Assembly (NCBI GenBank): GCA_036384495.1
Contig: DASVMD010000076.1
Span: forward strand, 1-49,460
Origin: Candidatus Saccharimonadales bacterium
Lineage (GTDB): Bacteria > Patescibacteriota > Saccharimonadia > Saccharimonadales > UBA4665
Direction of reading: 5' to 3'
Length of the DNA stretch: 49,460 nucleotides
Shown here: one piece after another, positions 49,179 through 49,460 of the stretch
Numbering within the stretch: position 1 is the first letter of the stretch
Layout of the letters: the number at the start of each line of letters is the position of its first letter
Made by a program: the position numbers and the translations under genes
The notes under the pieces: generated by a model
Databases searched by the model: none
What the model saw: only the letters and a program-made list of their open reading frames with translations
What the model was told of the DNA's origin: nothing

Positions 49179-49460
49179 ATGGAGCCGAACACCCCCCAGC
49201 AACAACCGCAGAACACCGAGGCCGAAGCCAGCTTGCTCGGCGCAATCTTGATTGACACCGATGCCATCGTTAAAATTGCCGATGCCATTGCCGTCGAAGA
49301 TTTCTTTGAGGCCCGTCACCAACGCATTTATGAAGCCATAAAACAGCTCTACGAACGCCGCGAAGCCATCGATGTGCTCACCCTGGCCGATCGCCTCAGA
49401 AACAACGGCTACCTCGAAGGCGTCGGCGGCCCAGCGTATCTTACCGAGCTTACCAACTAT
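49179..49460 (+). CDS. dnaB: replicative DNA helicase DnaB, N-terminal 94 codons (continues beyond window)
   Basis: This ORF is not in the track because it stays open to the window end. My translation is MEPNTPQQQPQNTEAEASLLGAILIDTDAIVKIADAIAVEDFFEARHQRIYEAIKQLYERREAIDVLTLADRLRNNGYLEGVGGPAYLTELTNY. This matches the DnaB N-terminal pattern (AE.s.LGa.l.d...dF....H..I..ai......iD..t....L......GG..YL..L). Confidence 0.88.
   Translation, partial: MEPNTPQQQPQNTEAEASLLGAILIDTDAIVKIADAIAVEDFFEARHQRIYEAIKQLYERREAIDVLTLADRLRNNGYLEGVGGPAYLTELTNY

Noticed and set aside
1-49460. Alternative genetic code (UGA or UAG reassignment, as in some CPR lineages) as an explanation for the trpS in-frame TAG.
   Set aside because: TGA and TAG both function as stops at tightly packed, conserved gene junctions. 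Examples are rplW TAG, the TGA of the ORF at 3519-3848 overlapping the rpsS ATG, and the rluD-like TGA overlapping the holB GTG. Conserved proteins end at the expected positions.
1-49460. CRISPR arrays, rRNA genes, transposases or integrases, and large direct repeats.
   Set aside because: Reading all intergenic regions of about 50 nt or more revealed no repeat-spacer periodicity, no rRNA-like conserved blocks and no ORF with transposase or integrase motifs. The only repeated short element noticed was GTGGCGGT(T) in the trpS leader.

Overview
This 49.5-kb window looks like a reduced-genome bacterium. My inference is Candidate Phyla Radiation / Patescibacteria, possibly Saccharibacteria-like. 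The grounds are that uL30 is absent between rpsE and rplO, that standard TGA/TAG/TAA stops are used at tight gene junctions, and that many ribosomal proteins carry A/K/E-rich tails. No rRNA is present to confirm this.

Gene content, in order:
- 76-17727 (+): an almost complete S10-spc-alpha ribosomal-protein superoperon, rpsJ to rpsI, including secY, infA, rpmJ and rpoA.
- A trpS locus with a candidate leader, followed by rluD-like and holB genes.
- A TPR protein, then three tRNAs (Tyr, Thr-GGT, Thr-UGU) flanking an HNH endonuclease gene.
- rpmG.
- A minus-strand alpha-glucan operon (GT4/5 synthase, GH57, GH15) plus envelope genes.
- tRNA-Trp, a P-loop kinase, a DUF45 metalloprotease and a soluble histidine kinase.
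- A membrane GT2, then secE-nusG-rplK-rplA.
- A dCTP-deaminase / Tmk-ThyX nucleotide cluster and three unassigned genes with structured leaders.
- rplJ-rplL, dnaX and the 5' end of dnaB.

Most notable observations:
1. Six unassigned small ORFs are tightly, often translationally, coupled inside otherwise universally conserved r-protein operons.
2. trpS is interrupted by one in-frame TAG exactly where TrpRS has a conserved Trp. It is preceded by a leader with a Trp-containing mini-ORF and an alternative-hairpin, attenuator-like layout.
3. There is a fused thymidylate kinase-ThyX gene.
4. A secreted beta-helix/dockerin protein sits where adk/map normally lie.
5. Many operon-first genes have a -10 box 6-9 nt upstream of the ATG and no Shine-Dalgarno, which suggests leaderless mRNAs.

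I found no CRISPR array, rRNA or obvious transposase. All calls come from reading the sequence and from motif memory; no searches were run.
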